From positions 1 through 64,000 of the IMG/VR virus record IMGVR_UViG_3300034068_000566: a stretch of DNA of 64,000 bases. The stretch is one strand, 5' to 3'. Under the pieces are notes generated by a model, which made no database searches, was not told the DNA's origin, and saw nothing but the letters and a program-made list of their open reading frames with translations. The translations under genes were made by a program, and so were the position numbers. This DNA comes from a virus. Positions 51,309-61,900 of this stretch are shown in pieces. Positions within the stretch are counted from its first letter, which is position 1. Every line of letters begins with the position of its first letter.

Positions 51309-52694
51309 GTGAATAGTATATCAAAAGCCCACTGGGATACAGATGGGGAAAATGTTCGTCTATCAATGCCACTTACTAAGGTTGATAAGGAACGACGCAT
51401 CGTTTCAGGCTTTGCATCACTAGATAATGTTGATAAACAAGATGACATCGTAACAGCAGAAGCATCAATGGATGCCTTTGCAAAGTTTCGTGGGAATATT
51501 AGAGAAATGCATCAACCTTTAGCAGTAGGCAAAATGGTATCCTTTAAATCAGATAAGTACTTCGATCCAGAAACAAAGAAATTCTATAATGGAGTTTTTG
51601 TCTCTGCCTATGTTTCTAAGGGCGCACAAGATACTTGGGAAAAGGTTCTTGACGGAACCCTACAAGGTTTTTCAATTGGCGGAAGAATGAACAAGTGGGA
51701 TGACGCATATGATGAGAAAGCAGATAAGACAATTAGAGTTATTAAGCAATATGATTTGGTAGAGTTGAGCCTTGTTGATTCCCCTGCTAATCAGTTTGCA
51801 AACATTGTATCTGTTGAAAAAGTAGATGGCGTAGATGTTATTAAGGGCGATGAGACATTGCTCGAAAATGTATTTTGGGACAAAGAGTCTGGCCTTGTAA
51901 TGGTTTCAGAAAATGAATCTGAGACAAGCCCAGTCAATGGCAATGAGATGTCAAATATAGGTTTCGTTGAAAAAACGGATAATGAAAAAACAAACATGAT
52001 AAAGTTCTTAGTTGATAGTGCTAAAGGCATTAATACTTCTAAGATTAACAAGGAGGCAAATCCTATGGCAAAAACAACAAAAAACGTAACAGAAGAAATC
52101 GTTGAGAAATCAGAAGTTGCAGTTGAAGCAGTAGAGGTCGCTCCAGAGGCAGTTGCAGTTGCGGAAGCAACAGAAGCAGTCGAAGCAGCAGTAGCAAAAT
52201 CTGATACAGAGAAGGCAGTAATGCCATCTAATGGTAAAGAAGATGCTGAAGAAGATGCAGAAGAATCAACAGAAAAAGCTGAAAAGCCAATGACTGATGA
52301 AGAAATTGCAGCTGCTAAAGAGGCTGAGGCAATGAAGCCAATGGCTCCTAAGTCAGATGAAGTTGCTGCAGATGCAGACAACTCTGTCGATCTTAACCAA
52401 GCCTTTAGCGATCTAGTATCAACAGTCAAATCTTTACAAGCAGAAGTAGAACTTCTTAAGTCTTCAAAGGTAGATGTAGATGAAGTAAAAAACTCATTTG
52501 AAGCGGTAGCAAAAGATATTGCAGCAGCATCAAATGTATTCAATGAATTTGGTAAGAGAGTAGATGCTGTAGAAGCAGATACTGCTTTCCGAAAGTCTGG
52601 CGATCTCGGCGAGATAGTACAGAATCAACCTGAAACGGTTGAAAAATCCCTATGGGGCGGTAGTTTCCTCAAAACAGCCGACTTATTCAATTAA
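51309..52694 (+). CDS. Prohead protease with an acidic scaffold-like C-terminus
   Basis: V.GFAS....D...D, REMH, GFSIGG, LVELSLVD.PAN. Confidence 0.85.
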   Translation: MNSISKAHWDTDGENVRLSMPLTKVDKERRIVSGFASLDNVDKQDDIVTAEASMDAFAKFRGNIREMHQPLAVGKMVSFKSDKYFDPETKKFYNGVFVSAYVSKGAQDTWEKVLDGTLQGFSIGGRMNKWDDAYDEKADKTIRVIKQYDLVELSLVDSPANQFANIVSVEKVDGVDVIKGDETLLENVFWDKESGLVMVSENESETSPVNGNEMSNIGFVEKTDNEKTNMIKFLVDSAKGINTSKINKEANPMAKTTKNVTEEIVEKSEVAVEAVEVAPEAVAVAEATEAVEAAVAKSDTEKAVMPSNGKEDAEEDAEESTEKAEKPMTDEEIAAAKEAEAMKPMAPKSDEVAADADNSVDLNQAFSDLVSTVKSLQAEVELLKSSKVDVDEVKNSFEAVAKDIAAASNVFNEFGKRVDAVEADTAFRKSGDLGEIVQNQPETVEKSLWGGSFLKTADLFN

Positions 52695-52730
52695 AAAATC
52701 GATAAGTAAAAATCACTAGGAGGTGACAAT

Positions 52731-53879
52731 ATGTCGGAACAAAATATAGAAAAGAACCAGCCAGGTACTTCAGGTAACATTGGCGGAACAACTCCAGGAC
52801 TCTATCAGGGTCAGGGAGCATTTGCATCAGGTTCAGATGCAGCAGTTAACACACCAGGCAATTACACTGATGGCGGAGTATTAAACAATATCCCAACAGC
52901 ACTATCAGGTATTACATCAGGTGCCAACGCAGTAAACCCTTCAGGTGAGGCTGGATCAGGTATCCTACGCCCAGAGCAAGCACGTCGTTTTATTGACTAC
53001 GTGTGGGATGCAACCATTCTCGCCCAAGATGGCCGTCGTGTTACTATGAGAGCCAACACAATGGAACTCGAAAAGGTAAACGTCGGAGAGCGTGTAATTC
53101 GTTCTGCAACACAATCACTCGGAGAGTACACAAACGCTGGAGCAACTTTTACAAAGGTTGAATTGACTACAAAGAAGATTCGTCTTGACTGGGAAGTAAC
53201 TTCAGAAGCACTAGAAGATAACATCGAAGGTGCAGCACTTGAAGATCACATCGTTCGTCTTATGACAAACGCATTCGGTAATGACATTGAAGACCTTGCC
53301 ATTAATGGTGTAGGTTCAGGCAGCGATGCTTTCCTTGGAATTATGGAAGGCTTTGTTAATAAGGTCAAAACAGAGGGTGATGCTCATGAGTCAGTTGTAA
53401 CAGTCGCTAATAACGCCTGGACAACAGATGTAATGCAAGACATCATTCTAGCAATGCCACGCAAGTATCGTGCTATCAAGTCTAACTTGAAGTTCTATGC
53501 TGGTACAGATGCATTCCAGGGAATCGTTAAGAATAACGGTACTCTAGCAGACGCAGTTGCTGAAGCATTTGCTTCACAAGCTGGCGGAACTCCAACTAAT
53601 CGTCAAGCATACCTTGATGGTGGAGCACAGACATTCGGCGGAGCACGTACAACACGTGTTCTTGGAATTGACGTACAAGAAGTTCCTTACTACCCTGCAG
53701 GATATATCGACTTGACATTCCCACAGAACCGTGTATGGGGATTCCAGCGTGACATCACTGTTAACCGTGAATACAAGCCAAAGAAGGACACTGTAGAATA
53801 CACAGTCTTCGTTCGCTTCGGTATTACATGGGAAGAGCAAGATGCTATCGCATATGCTGATGCTGCATCAGATTCATAA
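52731..53879 (+). CDS. Major capsid protein (HK97 fold)
   Basis: G.L.PEQA..FID, E.LEDNIEG, FG.DIEDLAING; follows the protease. Confidence 0.9.
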   Translation: MSEQNIEKNQPGTSGNIGGTTPGLYQGQGAFASGSDAAVNTPGNYTDGGVLNNIPTALSGITSGANAVNPSGEAGSGILRPEQARRFIDYVWDATILAQDGRRVTMRANTMELEKVNVGERVIRSATQSLGEYTNAGATFTKVELTTKKIRLDWEVTSEALEDNIEGAALEDHIVRLMTNAFGNDIEDLAINGVGSGSDAFLGIMEGFVNKVKTEGDAHESVVTVANNAWTTDVMQDIILAMPRKYRAIKSNLKFYAGTDAFQGIVKNNGTLADAVAEAFASQAGGTPTNRQAYLDGGAQTFGGARTTRVLGIDVQEVPYYPAGYIDLTFPQNRVWGFQRDITVNREYKPKKDTVEYTVFVRFGITWEEQDAIAYADAASDS

Positions 53880-53900
53880 TCTGTAAACAGTAAAATTTTA

Positions 53901-53935
53901 GGGGGAGTAGGAGTTAATTCTCTTACTCCCCTTAT
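53901..53935 (+). terminator. Terminator hairpin after the capsid gene
   Basis: GGGGAGTAGGAG...CTCTTACTCCCC. Confidence 0.7.
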
Positions 53936-53972
53936 TAACTTATAATGATATAATACTATTTAGGAGGAAATA

Positions 53973-54395
53973 ATGGAAAATATAAATGAAAACTCAACTG
54001 TAGAAGAAAATATTGAAACTCCAGTTGTTGAAGAAACACCAGAGGTTGCTGAAACCCCTGTAGTAGAAGCACCAGTTGTTGAACAAGAACCAACAGCAAT
54101 TGATACATCAGATTTTGGGAAATCAACTTCTGAGGTACAAGCAGTTGGTCAAGTAGATAATGGTGCAATTGGAGTTACAGCAGCACCAGTAGCACCTAAG
54201 CAATCCAAGAAGTCAAAGATGGATGCAGAAGAAAAAGTTGCTATTAGATCAACAAAAAATGTTTCTTGGTCAGAAGTTGGTAAAGTCTATGTTGGTATCA
54301 ACATTGTGCCAGCATCTGCAGCTGAAAAATGGCTAACTAGATCACACATTTCACTTGCTACACCAGAAGAAGTTGCCAAGGAATTTGGTAAGTAA
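53973..54395 (+). CDS. Hypothetical head-associated protein
   Basis: Acidic low-complexity N-terminus; position after the capsid gene. Confidence 0.55.
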   Translation: MENINENSTVEENIETPVVEETPEVAETPVVEAPVVEQEPTAIDTSDFGKSTSEVQAVGQVDNGAIGVTAAPVAPKQSKKSKMDAEEKVAIRSTKNVSWSEVGKVYVGINIVPASAAEKWLTRSHISLATPEEVAKEFGK

Positions 54396-54398
54396 TTC

Positions 54399-55313
54399 AT
54401 GGAAATATTGAGGGTTCCGCCATATGATGATATTCTTGTAAATTTTGTTGTCCCAGCAGGGTATACCGATGCAGACATCTACGCAAGAGTAACAGATATG
54501 GCGGATCTTTCAGTCCAAGATTTAGAGTTTTTAGAATGGTCTACAGGAGATAATATAAATATATATCTCCCTGGAAGATACGACAACGACTATAGAGTTG
54601 AAATTTTTACAATTGGTGAGGGTGAAGAATTAATTCACGAAGAATATTATGAACTAATAAGACCATATGTAAACCCAAACACATTAGGAACAACAGCATC
54701 TGAGATTACTGAGTATACAACATTAGAATTAGTAGCCAGATCAATTATTGATACTTTTGTCACAGAAGGTTTTTATAATAAAAAAATAACAGTGGTAGGT
54801 ACTGGAAATGGAACAGACTACTTTCCTTTGTGGAACAGAGTTTATAGAGTATTTAAAGTATATGAGAATAACGAACTATCTTATGACAAATCAACTCCAG
54901 ATACTAATGAATATGAATACATAATTACAGCAGATAAAACAGCTATACAAAAAGTAGTATCTGGTGGATTAAATAGATATGAATCTACTGGTCCAAATCT
55001 TATTTCTGCAAGAGGAGATCTTGGATACTACGGGTATGACGGTGTTGGATTTCCACAAGGGTATGATTATACTTTTGTTGTTGACCAAGGATATTTAACA
55101 GTTCCAGCGGACATTGAGTATGCCTCAAAACTTTTGATTGAAGATTTAAAGTGTGGCAAGTTAGATTACTATAAGAGATACGTCACAGCATACAACACAG
55201 ACCAATTTAGAATTCAATTTGATAAAACAATGTTTGATGGTACTGGTAACTTCTTGGTAGATAGGATACTGGATAAATATATTAAAACCATTACCAAACC
55301 AGGGATAATTTAA
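54399..55313 (+). CDS. Head-tail adaptor
   Basis: A..IID....F and GY..VP.DI..A...L motifs; synteny. Confidence 0.65.
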   Translation: MEILRVPPYDDILVNFVVPAGYTDADIYARVTDMADLSVQDLEFLEWSTGDNINIYLPGRYDNDYRVEIFTIGEGEELIHEEYYELIRPYVNPNTLGTTASEITEYTTLELVARSIIDTFVTEGFYNKKITVVGTGNGTDYFPLWNRVYRVFKVYENNELSYDKSTPDTNEYEYIITADKTAIQKVVSGGLNRYESTGPNLISARGDLGYYGYDGVGFPQGYDYTFVVDQGYLTVPADIEYASKLLIEDLKCGKLDYYKRYVTAYNTDQFRIQFDKTMFDGTGNFLVDRILDKYIKTITKPGII

Positions 55314-55759
55314 TGATATGCGAAGAGCCAGATTTTATATTCCCCATGCAAGCAGATGTCTACTATCCAATTGTTGAGCAAGGCGCATATGGTAATGTTA
55401 AGAAGCAGTGGATTTTAGATAAAACAATTGCAGGTAGCTTTGCCTCAGCTGGTTCTGCATTTAAAGAAGAAGTAACTCCTAATGTAAATATAACCCAAGA
55501 ATCACTATTGCTTGGAAGAGTAAAAACTGATATTAGAGTTTCAAGCAAAGATTCTAGAAACTCAATTACAAACATAGTTGTTACAAATATTCGTGATAAA
55601 AACTGTAATGAAATTTACACCGAAACCTCTGGTCCAAGATCTGGAAAGCCAACAATATTTGAAGTAGCCACAGTAGAGCCTTTTGTAGGTCCATTTGGTG
55701 GAGTAGAGTATTATAAAATTGTTATACGCCGTTCTGAGAATCAGGCGGTAGACCTATGA
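55313..55759 (+). CDS. Head closure protein (putative)
   Basis: Synteny and size. Confidence 0.5.
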   Translation: MICEEPDFIFPMQADVYYPIVEQGAYGNVKKQWILDKTIAGSFASAGSAFKEEVTPNVNITQESLLLGRVKTDIRVSSKDSRNSITNIVVTNIRDKNCNEIYTETSGPRSGKPTIFEVATVEPFVGPFGGVEYYKIVIRRSENQAVDL

Positions 55760-56427
55760 AAATGAACATAGACTCTAGAGCATTTAGAAAAGACATGAAC
55801 AACATTGTTCAATATTCTTTTGGTTTTTTAGAAGGAGCACAAAAAGGTAAAACAGTTATGTACAGAACCCTTGGAGCAGGGGTATCAAAAATAATGTATG
55901 AGTATATTGATAGTAATGCCAGAGTAAGTCCAGCTACGCTACACCATGTATATGAGTGGTCAGAAATTGGAACACCACAAGGCCGTCTATTTGACATAGA
56001 TTTTACTATTAGCAATCTAGGCCTTACCTTTAAAACCAATCTACAGCAGTCTACATCTATTAAAAATGGTTCTAGAGTTCCATTCTATGACAAAGCAAAG
56101 ATTATGGAAAACGGAATTGCTGTAACTATTACTCCTAAAAAAGCAGAAGCCTTAAGGTTTGAAATAGGTGGAGAAGAAATTTTTACTAAAGAGCCAGTAA
56201 CAGTTTTAAATCCTGGAGGAGAAACACAGGGTAAGTTTGAGCAGGTTATTGATACATTCTTTAATTTATATTTTAGACAATCATTTTTAAGAATAAGTGG
56301 GCTAGAGTCACACTTTAATAATCCATCCGTATATAGAAAAAATTTACAGAGTGGAAAAAAGCAAGGAAGATCTGCTGGAATTAAAACAGGGTTTCAGTGG
56401 GTCGCTAGTGCGGGAGTTGGTATGTAA
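55756..56427 (+). CDS. Neck/tail completion protein (putative)
   Basis: Synteny; I.PKKA.ALRF motif. Confidence 0.5.
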   Translation: MKMNIDSRAFRKDMNNIVQYSFGFLEGAQKGKTVMYRTLGAGVSKIMYEYIDSNARVSPATLHHVYEWSEIGTPQGRLFDIDFTISNLGLTFKTNLQQSTSIKNGSRVPFYDKAKIMENGIAVTITPKKAEALRFEIGGEEIFTKEPVTVLNPGGETQGKFEQVIDTFFNLYFRQSFLRISGLESHFNNPSVYRKNLQSGKKQGRSAGIKTGFQWVASAGVGM

Positions 56428-57008
56428 TGGCAAACGATAGTTTATTAAATACTCCAGTTTTATGGATTAACAAATATCTACAAAGTAAGATTGAGTTACT
56501 TACTGACATAGAAACGCCATTTTTCCCATCAACCCCATCAACAATAAATGATTTAACTCAATACTTTCCTGATGGTGGAGTCATGGCTACATGGGACAGA
56601 TTAATTAAAATGAATAAAAAAGGCTTTCCTCATATTAAGTGTGAGCAGCTGCTTTATTATTTTTATGCTACTGCAGAGAACAGTGTAGAGAATATGATAC
56701 AAATTCAAGAGTCAGTATTAAGACTAATGGACAGGTTTGATGAAACTGCAGAAGAGATTAACGCATGGTGTGCAAATAGAAGCATAAACATTGGAACAAC
56801 ACAATCTCCAGAGATAATTGACAACCAATTCTATTTCCACAACTTTAAAGTCTATCAGCTGGAAGAAACCAGAGACATCATTGATTTTGGAACAGCTCGT
56901 ACATACGGTGGAAATAAGATAATCATTGATTTTGATTATCATCAAATGCCAGATTTAATTAACACAGAAGGACCCGAAAGCCGTTTGGCTACTAAAATAA
57001 TTATATAA
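56427..57008 (+). CDS. Tail terminator (putative)
   Basis: Synteny, immediately before the tail tube gene. Confidence 0.5.
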   Translation: MANDSLLNTPVLWINKYLQSKIELLTDIETPFFPSTPSTINDLTQYFPDGGVMATWDRLIKMNKKGFPHIKCEQLLYYFYATAENSVENMIQIQESVLRLMDRFDETAEEINAWCANRSINIGTTQSPEIIDNQFYFHNFKVYQLEETRDIIDFGTARTYGGNKIIIDFDYHQMPDLINTEGPESRLATKIII

Positions 57009-57076
57009 AACCCGTGTTATACTTTATATGAGGAAACACGCCCACAATTTAATACAATCGAAAGAGGTGGAAAATT

Positions 57077-57748
57077 ATGGCATATTCAAGAGGCGACAGT
57101 ACTAACATTATCGTTGGTGCAGCAGCACTTTTTACATACAATGACGGCATCCTAACTGATGCTGATCTTCCAGCGTATGCAGATGGAAAATCTTTTAAGG
57201 ATTCTCTATCTGGTTATTCAGGCCAAGTTGCAGGAGATGCTGCAAAAGCAGCAAACTTCCGTAACGTTGGTTACACAATGAATGGTTTGGAAATTCAATT
57301 CCAGCCAGATTTCGGCGAAGTTGCCGTAGATCAGGTTCTTGACGTAGCAAAGTTGTTCAAGCAAGGTATGCAGGTTAACCTAAATACCACATTTGCTGAG
57401 TCAACATTAGAAAATCTTTTGTTTGCAATCGCAGGCAAGGGTGACGAATCAGCTAACCCAGATCTAACAACAGTTTCAGGAAATCCAACACTCAACCTTT
57501 CAGCAGGAGACATCGGAGAATGTCCAGTTGAGCGTGGTTTGGTAGCAGTAGGTCCAGGTACAGGTGACTGTGCAATTGGTTCAGAGTTGGAAAGAATTTA
57601 TGTTGCATACCGTGCACTCTCAATTGAGAATGTTTCAGTATCAGCAAAGCGTGATGAAGCAACAATGTTTGAGGTTTCATTCCGTCTACTTCCAAATGAT
57701 GATGCATCATACGGTAAAATCGTAGATCGCACTATTCCAGAAGCATAA
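57077..57748 (+). CDS. Major tail (tube) protein
   Basis: NIIVGAA, VGYT..G, VDQ, AE.TLENL; followed by chaperones and the tape measure. Confidence 0.8.
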   Translation: MAYSRGDSTNIIVGAAALFTYNDGILTDADLPAYADGKSFKDSLSGYSGQVAGDAAKAANFRNVGYTMNGLEIQFQPDFGEVAVDQVLDVAKLFKQGMQVNLNTTFAESTLENLLFAIAGKGDESANPDLTTVSGNPTLNLSAGDIGECPVERGLVAVGPGTGDCAIGSELERIYVAYRALSIENVSVSAKRDEATMFEVSFRLLPNDDASYGKIVDRTIPEA

Positions 57749-57767
57749 TACAACTTAATAATACAGG

Positions 57768-57806
57768 GTTGCCCTTCATCTTCGGATGCGGGGCAATTTT
57801 GTTTTT
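57768..57806 (+). terminator. Intrinsic terminator
   Basis: GTTGCCC..CATC TTCG GATG.GGGCAAT followed by TTTGTTTTT. Confidence 0.75.
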
Positions 57807-57820
57807 GGTATACTGTATTA

Positions 57821-58507
57821 ATGGCTACAAGAATATATAATAGTGAGTTGCTCTATTTAGTTGATGGAACACCCCTTTATATTACCCCATTAAAAATAAA
57901 ATATTTAAGACAATTTATGGTTGCTTTTGAAATTGTTAGAAAGTCTCAAGGGGATCAAGACACTATTGAAAATCTAGTAGAGTGTGCCAGAATTGCTATG
58001 CAACAATATATGCCAGAAATAAAGACGGTAGAGGATCTAGAAGACAACTTTGACCTTCCCACAATATATAAACTAATAGATATTGCAGCAGGGATTAAAG
58101 TAGATAAAGATTCAGAGCAAAGCGTTAAAGAGCAAGCAGTAGAAAGTGGATCTTCTTGGGAAACATTAGATTTAGCAAAGCTAGAGTCTGAGTTATTTTT
58201 GCTGGGTATCTGGAAAGACTACAATCAACTAGAAGAATCTTTGTCGATGCCAGAATTAATAGCAACCCTTGAAAGCAAAAGAGAGTCAAGATACGATGAA
58301 CAGAAATTTTTAGCAGCAATGCAAGGTGTTGATCTTGACAAAGCAAGTAATAAGAGTACAGGCAATGCTTGGGAAGAATTAAAGGCTAGAGTTTATAGTG
58401 GCGGATCAGCAGCAAACTCAAAGGATGTTTTAGCGTTACAAGGAGCAAATGCACAAAAGGCTGGCTTTGGTATTGGTATGGGATTATCTTACGAAAGAAT
58501 AGACTAA
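57821..58507 (+). CDS. Tail assembly chaperone, long form (gpGT-like)
   Basis: The N-terminal half is paralogous to 58558, with an added C-terminal extension. Confidence 0.65.
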   Translation: MATRIYNSELLYLVDGTPLYITPLKIKYLRQFMVAFEIVRKSQGDQDTIENLVECARIAMQQYMPEIKTVEDLEDNFDLPTIYKLIDIAAGIKVDKDSEQSVKEQAVESGSSWETLDLAKLESELFLLGIWKDYNQLEESLSMPELIATLESKRESRYDEQKFLAAMQGVDLDKASNKSTGNAWEELKARVYSGGSAANSKDVLALQGANAQKAGFGIGMGLSYERID

Positions 58508-58557
58508 AAATAAGCCTGCCTATGGTATAATTAATCTACAACCACAGGAGGTTATAC

Positions 58558-58884
58558 ATGGCCACTAAGCCAATTGAAAAGAATGAGATCGTCTTTATCG
58601 ACGGAACAAAAATTGACGCACAGCCACTTAAGATTTCTCTACTTAGACCGTTTATGAAATCTTTTGAAGGACTAACAGCAGTAGCAACAGATAATGAAAA
58701 ATCAATGGACATCTTAATTAATTGTGTCCACATTGCAATGAAACAATATAAAGCAGACGCAGACTACTCTGTTGCTGATTTGGAAGATCTAATTGATCTG
58801 CCAACAGTATACAAGATCATTGAAGCAGCATCAGGAATCAATCTAAACGATTCAGCATTACTTGCACTTGCTTCACAAGAATAA
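58558..58884 (+). CDS. Tail assembly chaperone, short form (gpG-like)
   Basis: DGT....PLKI..LR.FM..FE...IAM.QY...DLED..DLPT.YK.I..A.GI shared with 57821. Confidence 0.65.
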   Translation: MATKPIEKNEIVFIDGTKIDAQPLKISLLRPFMKSFEGLTAVATDNEKSMDILINCVHIAMKQYKADADYSVADLEDLIDLPTVYKIIEAASGINLNDSALLALASQE

Positions 58885-58914
58885 AAAAATAAAATAGGGG
58901 GTCATGGCGGTTAA

Positions 58915-61900
58915 ATGGCAGATATAAATAGCAATATTTTAATTAATATTGATACAACGCAGGCTATGTCCGCACTACGTGGGCTAGACAAGCAGATATC
59001 TGCACTTAACCGCTCCATGATCGTCGGCACTAAGGCTGCTTCATTAGCTCAAGCTGACTTTGCAAAATCACTACTTCATAATGTTAATGCCACGGGCATG
59101 TTTAATGCCTCAATGGGCAAGATGTCTACTTCTACGGATCAGTTTTCAAAACGTTTAGAAGCTGGCAAACTATCTCTTCGTGAATACTACCGATATGGAA
59201 TGGCATCAACTAAAACATTTGGAAAAAATTACGGTAGAGAATTTCAAACAATTAGCAACCTTGCTGAAAAAAGAGTTAAGGCTCTTCAAAGCCAGTATGT
59301 CCAACTAGGTAAAGACGCACAGGGCGCAATACGCTCAATGCGAATTACACCAAAAGCACTAAATTATAACGACGCACTAACAAGAATGTCAATGACTATT
59401 CAACGTCAACAGATAATGAATAAGCTGCTTGACGATGGTGCTACAAAACTTCTTAACTTTGGTAAAAATACACAGTGGGCTGGTCGTCAGCTTATGGTTG
59501 GTTTTACAATTCCATTGGCCATGTTTGCAGGATCAGCAATAAAAGCATTTAAAGAAATTGAAACTCAGGCAGTTAGATTTAAAAAGGTTTATGGCGACAT
59601 CTTTACAACACAAGATGACACTGATAAAGCTCTTAAAAACATGAAGGATATTGCTAAAGAATATACAAAGTATGGACTTAAAGTTTCTGAAACAATCAAG
59701 ATGGCTGCAGATGCAGCAGCAGCAGGTAACTCAGGCCAACAGCTTGAAACTGTAGTAAAGCAAGCAAGCAAGCTAGCAGTTCTTGGTGGAGTAGCACAGG
59801 ACAAAGCCTTAGAAACAACAATTGCTTTACAGAACGCATTTCAAATTGGCAGTGGTGAACTTGGTAAAACGATGGACTTTCTCAACTCTGTTGAAAACCA
59901 AACTGTTTTAAGTCTTGAGGATTTATCTAATGCAATTCCAAGAGTTGCTCCAGTTATTAAACAGCTTGGCGGAGATGTAAAAGATTTAGCATTCTTCCTT
60001 ACAGCAATGAAAGAAGGTGGTATCAGTGCAGAGCAAGGAGCTAACGCACTTAAGTCTGGTCTTGCATCTTTAATTAATCCATCAAAAGCAGCAACTGAAG
60101 CAACTTCAAAGCTAGGCATTAACCTTAAGGGAATTATTGAAAGCAATCAGGGTAACTTAAAAAATACTGTTGTTTCTTTTGCTCAAGCATTACAACCACT
60201 AACAGACCTACAAAGAGCACAAACAATTGAAAAAGTTTTTGGCAAGTATCAGTTTTCAAGAATCTCAGCACTTTTAAATAACGTAACAAAAGAAGGAAAC
60301 CAAGCAAGCAGAGTTTTAAAATTGGCATCTGCATCTGCAGAAGAGTTAGCGCTGTTATCTGAACGAGAATTAAAAACACAGGAATCATCTCCTATGTATA
60401 AAATGCAGGCAGCAATTGAGAAACTAAAAGCATCTATTGCTCCAATTGGTGAATTGTTTGCAAAGGTGTTAACTCCAGTTATTAATTTCTTTGTTAACCT
60501 GTTTGATAAATTTAACAATGCTCCAGAAGGCATTAAAAAAGCAGTAGCAATTATCGTAGCAGCTGTAGCTGGTATTGGTCCAGTTCTTCTTATGACTGTT
60601 GGTCTTGTTGCTAATGGTTTAGCCAACCTAATGAAAATGTTTAACCTTATTCGTAAAGGTTTTCAAGGCTTAGCTTATGGATCAAAAGATGCAGCCCTTG
60701 GAACACAGTACCTCAGCAATGAGGAGCTAGAAAATATTGCTGTATCAAACAGTCTTGCAACAGCTCACAAATCTTTGTCTTCCGCATATGTCCTTGAGTC
60801 GGCAAGCCTTGTTGCCTTAACTAATGCTTACAGAGAAGCAAAAGTTGCAATGTCTAGTTTTGCTAGTACAAACCCTGGAATGTTTATGCCAAGCAGGGGC
60901 AGAGTTACCCCTCCAAGACGTTTTGCTAAGGGTGTAACAAGTGTTCCTGGAACAGGTAATAAAGATACTACCCCAGCCCTTCTAACCCCTGGAGAAGCCG
61001 TTATTCCTGCTGACATGGCTAAAAAGTATGCACCATTTATTGGACAGATGATTGACGGAACCCTTCCAGGCCACATGGCTGGAAGAATGCCATTATTTTT
61101 GGGTATGCCAAAAACTATTAAAGCAGTAACAGATCAACGTAAAGCAAGAATGACAATGGAAGAGATTGCAAAAGCAACAGAAGCAAGTAGATTTGGAAAG
61201 ATGGACCCTACTGATTTTGGTGTACAACTTGAGGCAACCACAGGTCGTTCATTCCCAGTACGAGGAGTTGGCGGTTTATATCAAAAGCCAGATGGGACAA
61301 AGGTATTCGTTAAACCAATGCTCGATGAGACTGCTGCTTTAGCAGAACTAAGAGCAACTACTATTGCAAGAGAAGCACACGGACTAAATGCACCTCAACA
61401 AACAATTCGCACAATGATTGATCCGACTGATCCATTAAAGAAAAGAAAACTTATTGCATTAGAAGCACCGTACAATCCTGAGTTTGCTAAGCCAACTGGA
61501 AAGTTTTCAAAAGACGAATACTTTAGACAACTAGTTGCCTCTGGATTAAGAGGAGATAAAGATTTGCAGGTGGCCAATCTATCAGGAAATAACCTAGTAG
61601 ATGTTGGACCAGCAGGTGTATTTAGTGCAGCATCTGGTCTAAGATCATATGCAAAAACTATGCCATCTGTTGAAGATCAGGTTCGTATAAACTTACTTGG
61701 TGTAAAGGGTTCAAATACAAGAAGATTCTTTGCTGAAGAAACAACCAATATTCCAAAGGGAATGACTCCTCAAGCATACAACCAAGCAATGGTAGACGAA
61801 ATAGATTTGGTTTTGCCTAAACTTAGAAAGACAATAAAAGGCTTTGGTGATTTAAATCCAGAAGAACAAGGTATTTATCAAAACATGATTAAGCGTCTAG

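Noticed and set aside
51791-52543. Long antisense ORFs here and across fibre and tape-measure genes (e.g. 30082, 32689, 60249)
   Set aside because: They are antisense shadows of Ala/Thr/Glu-rich genes and lack SD or promoter support
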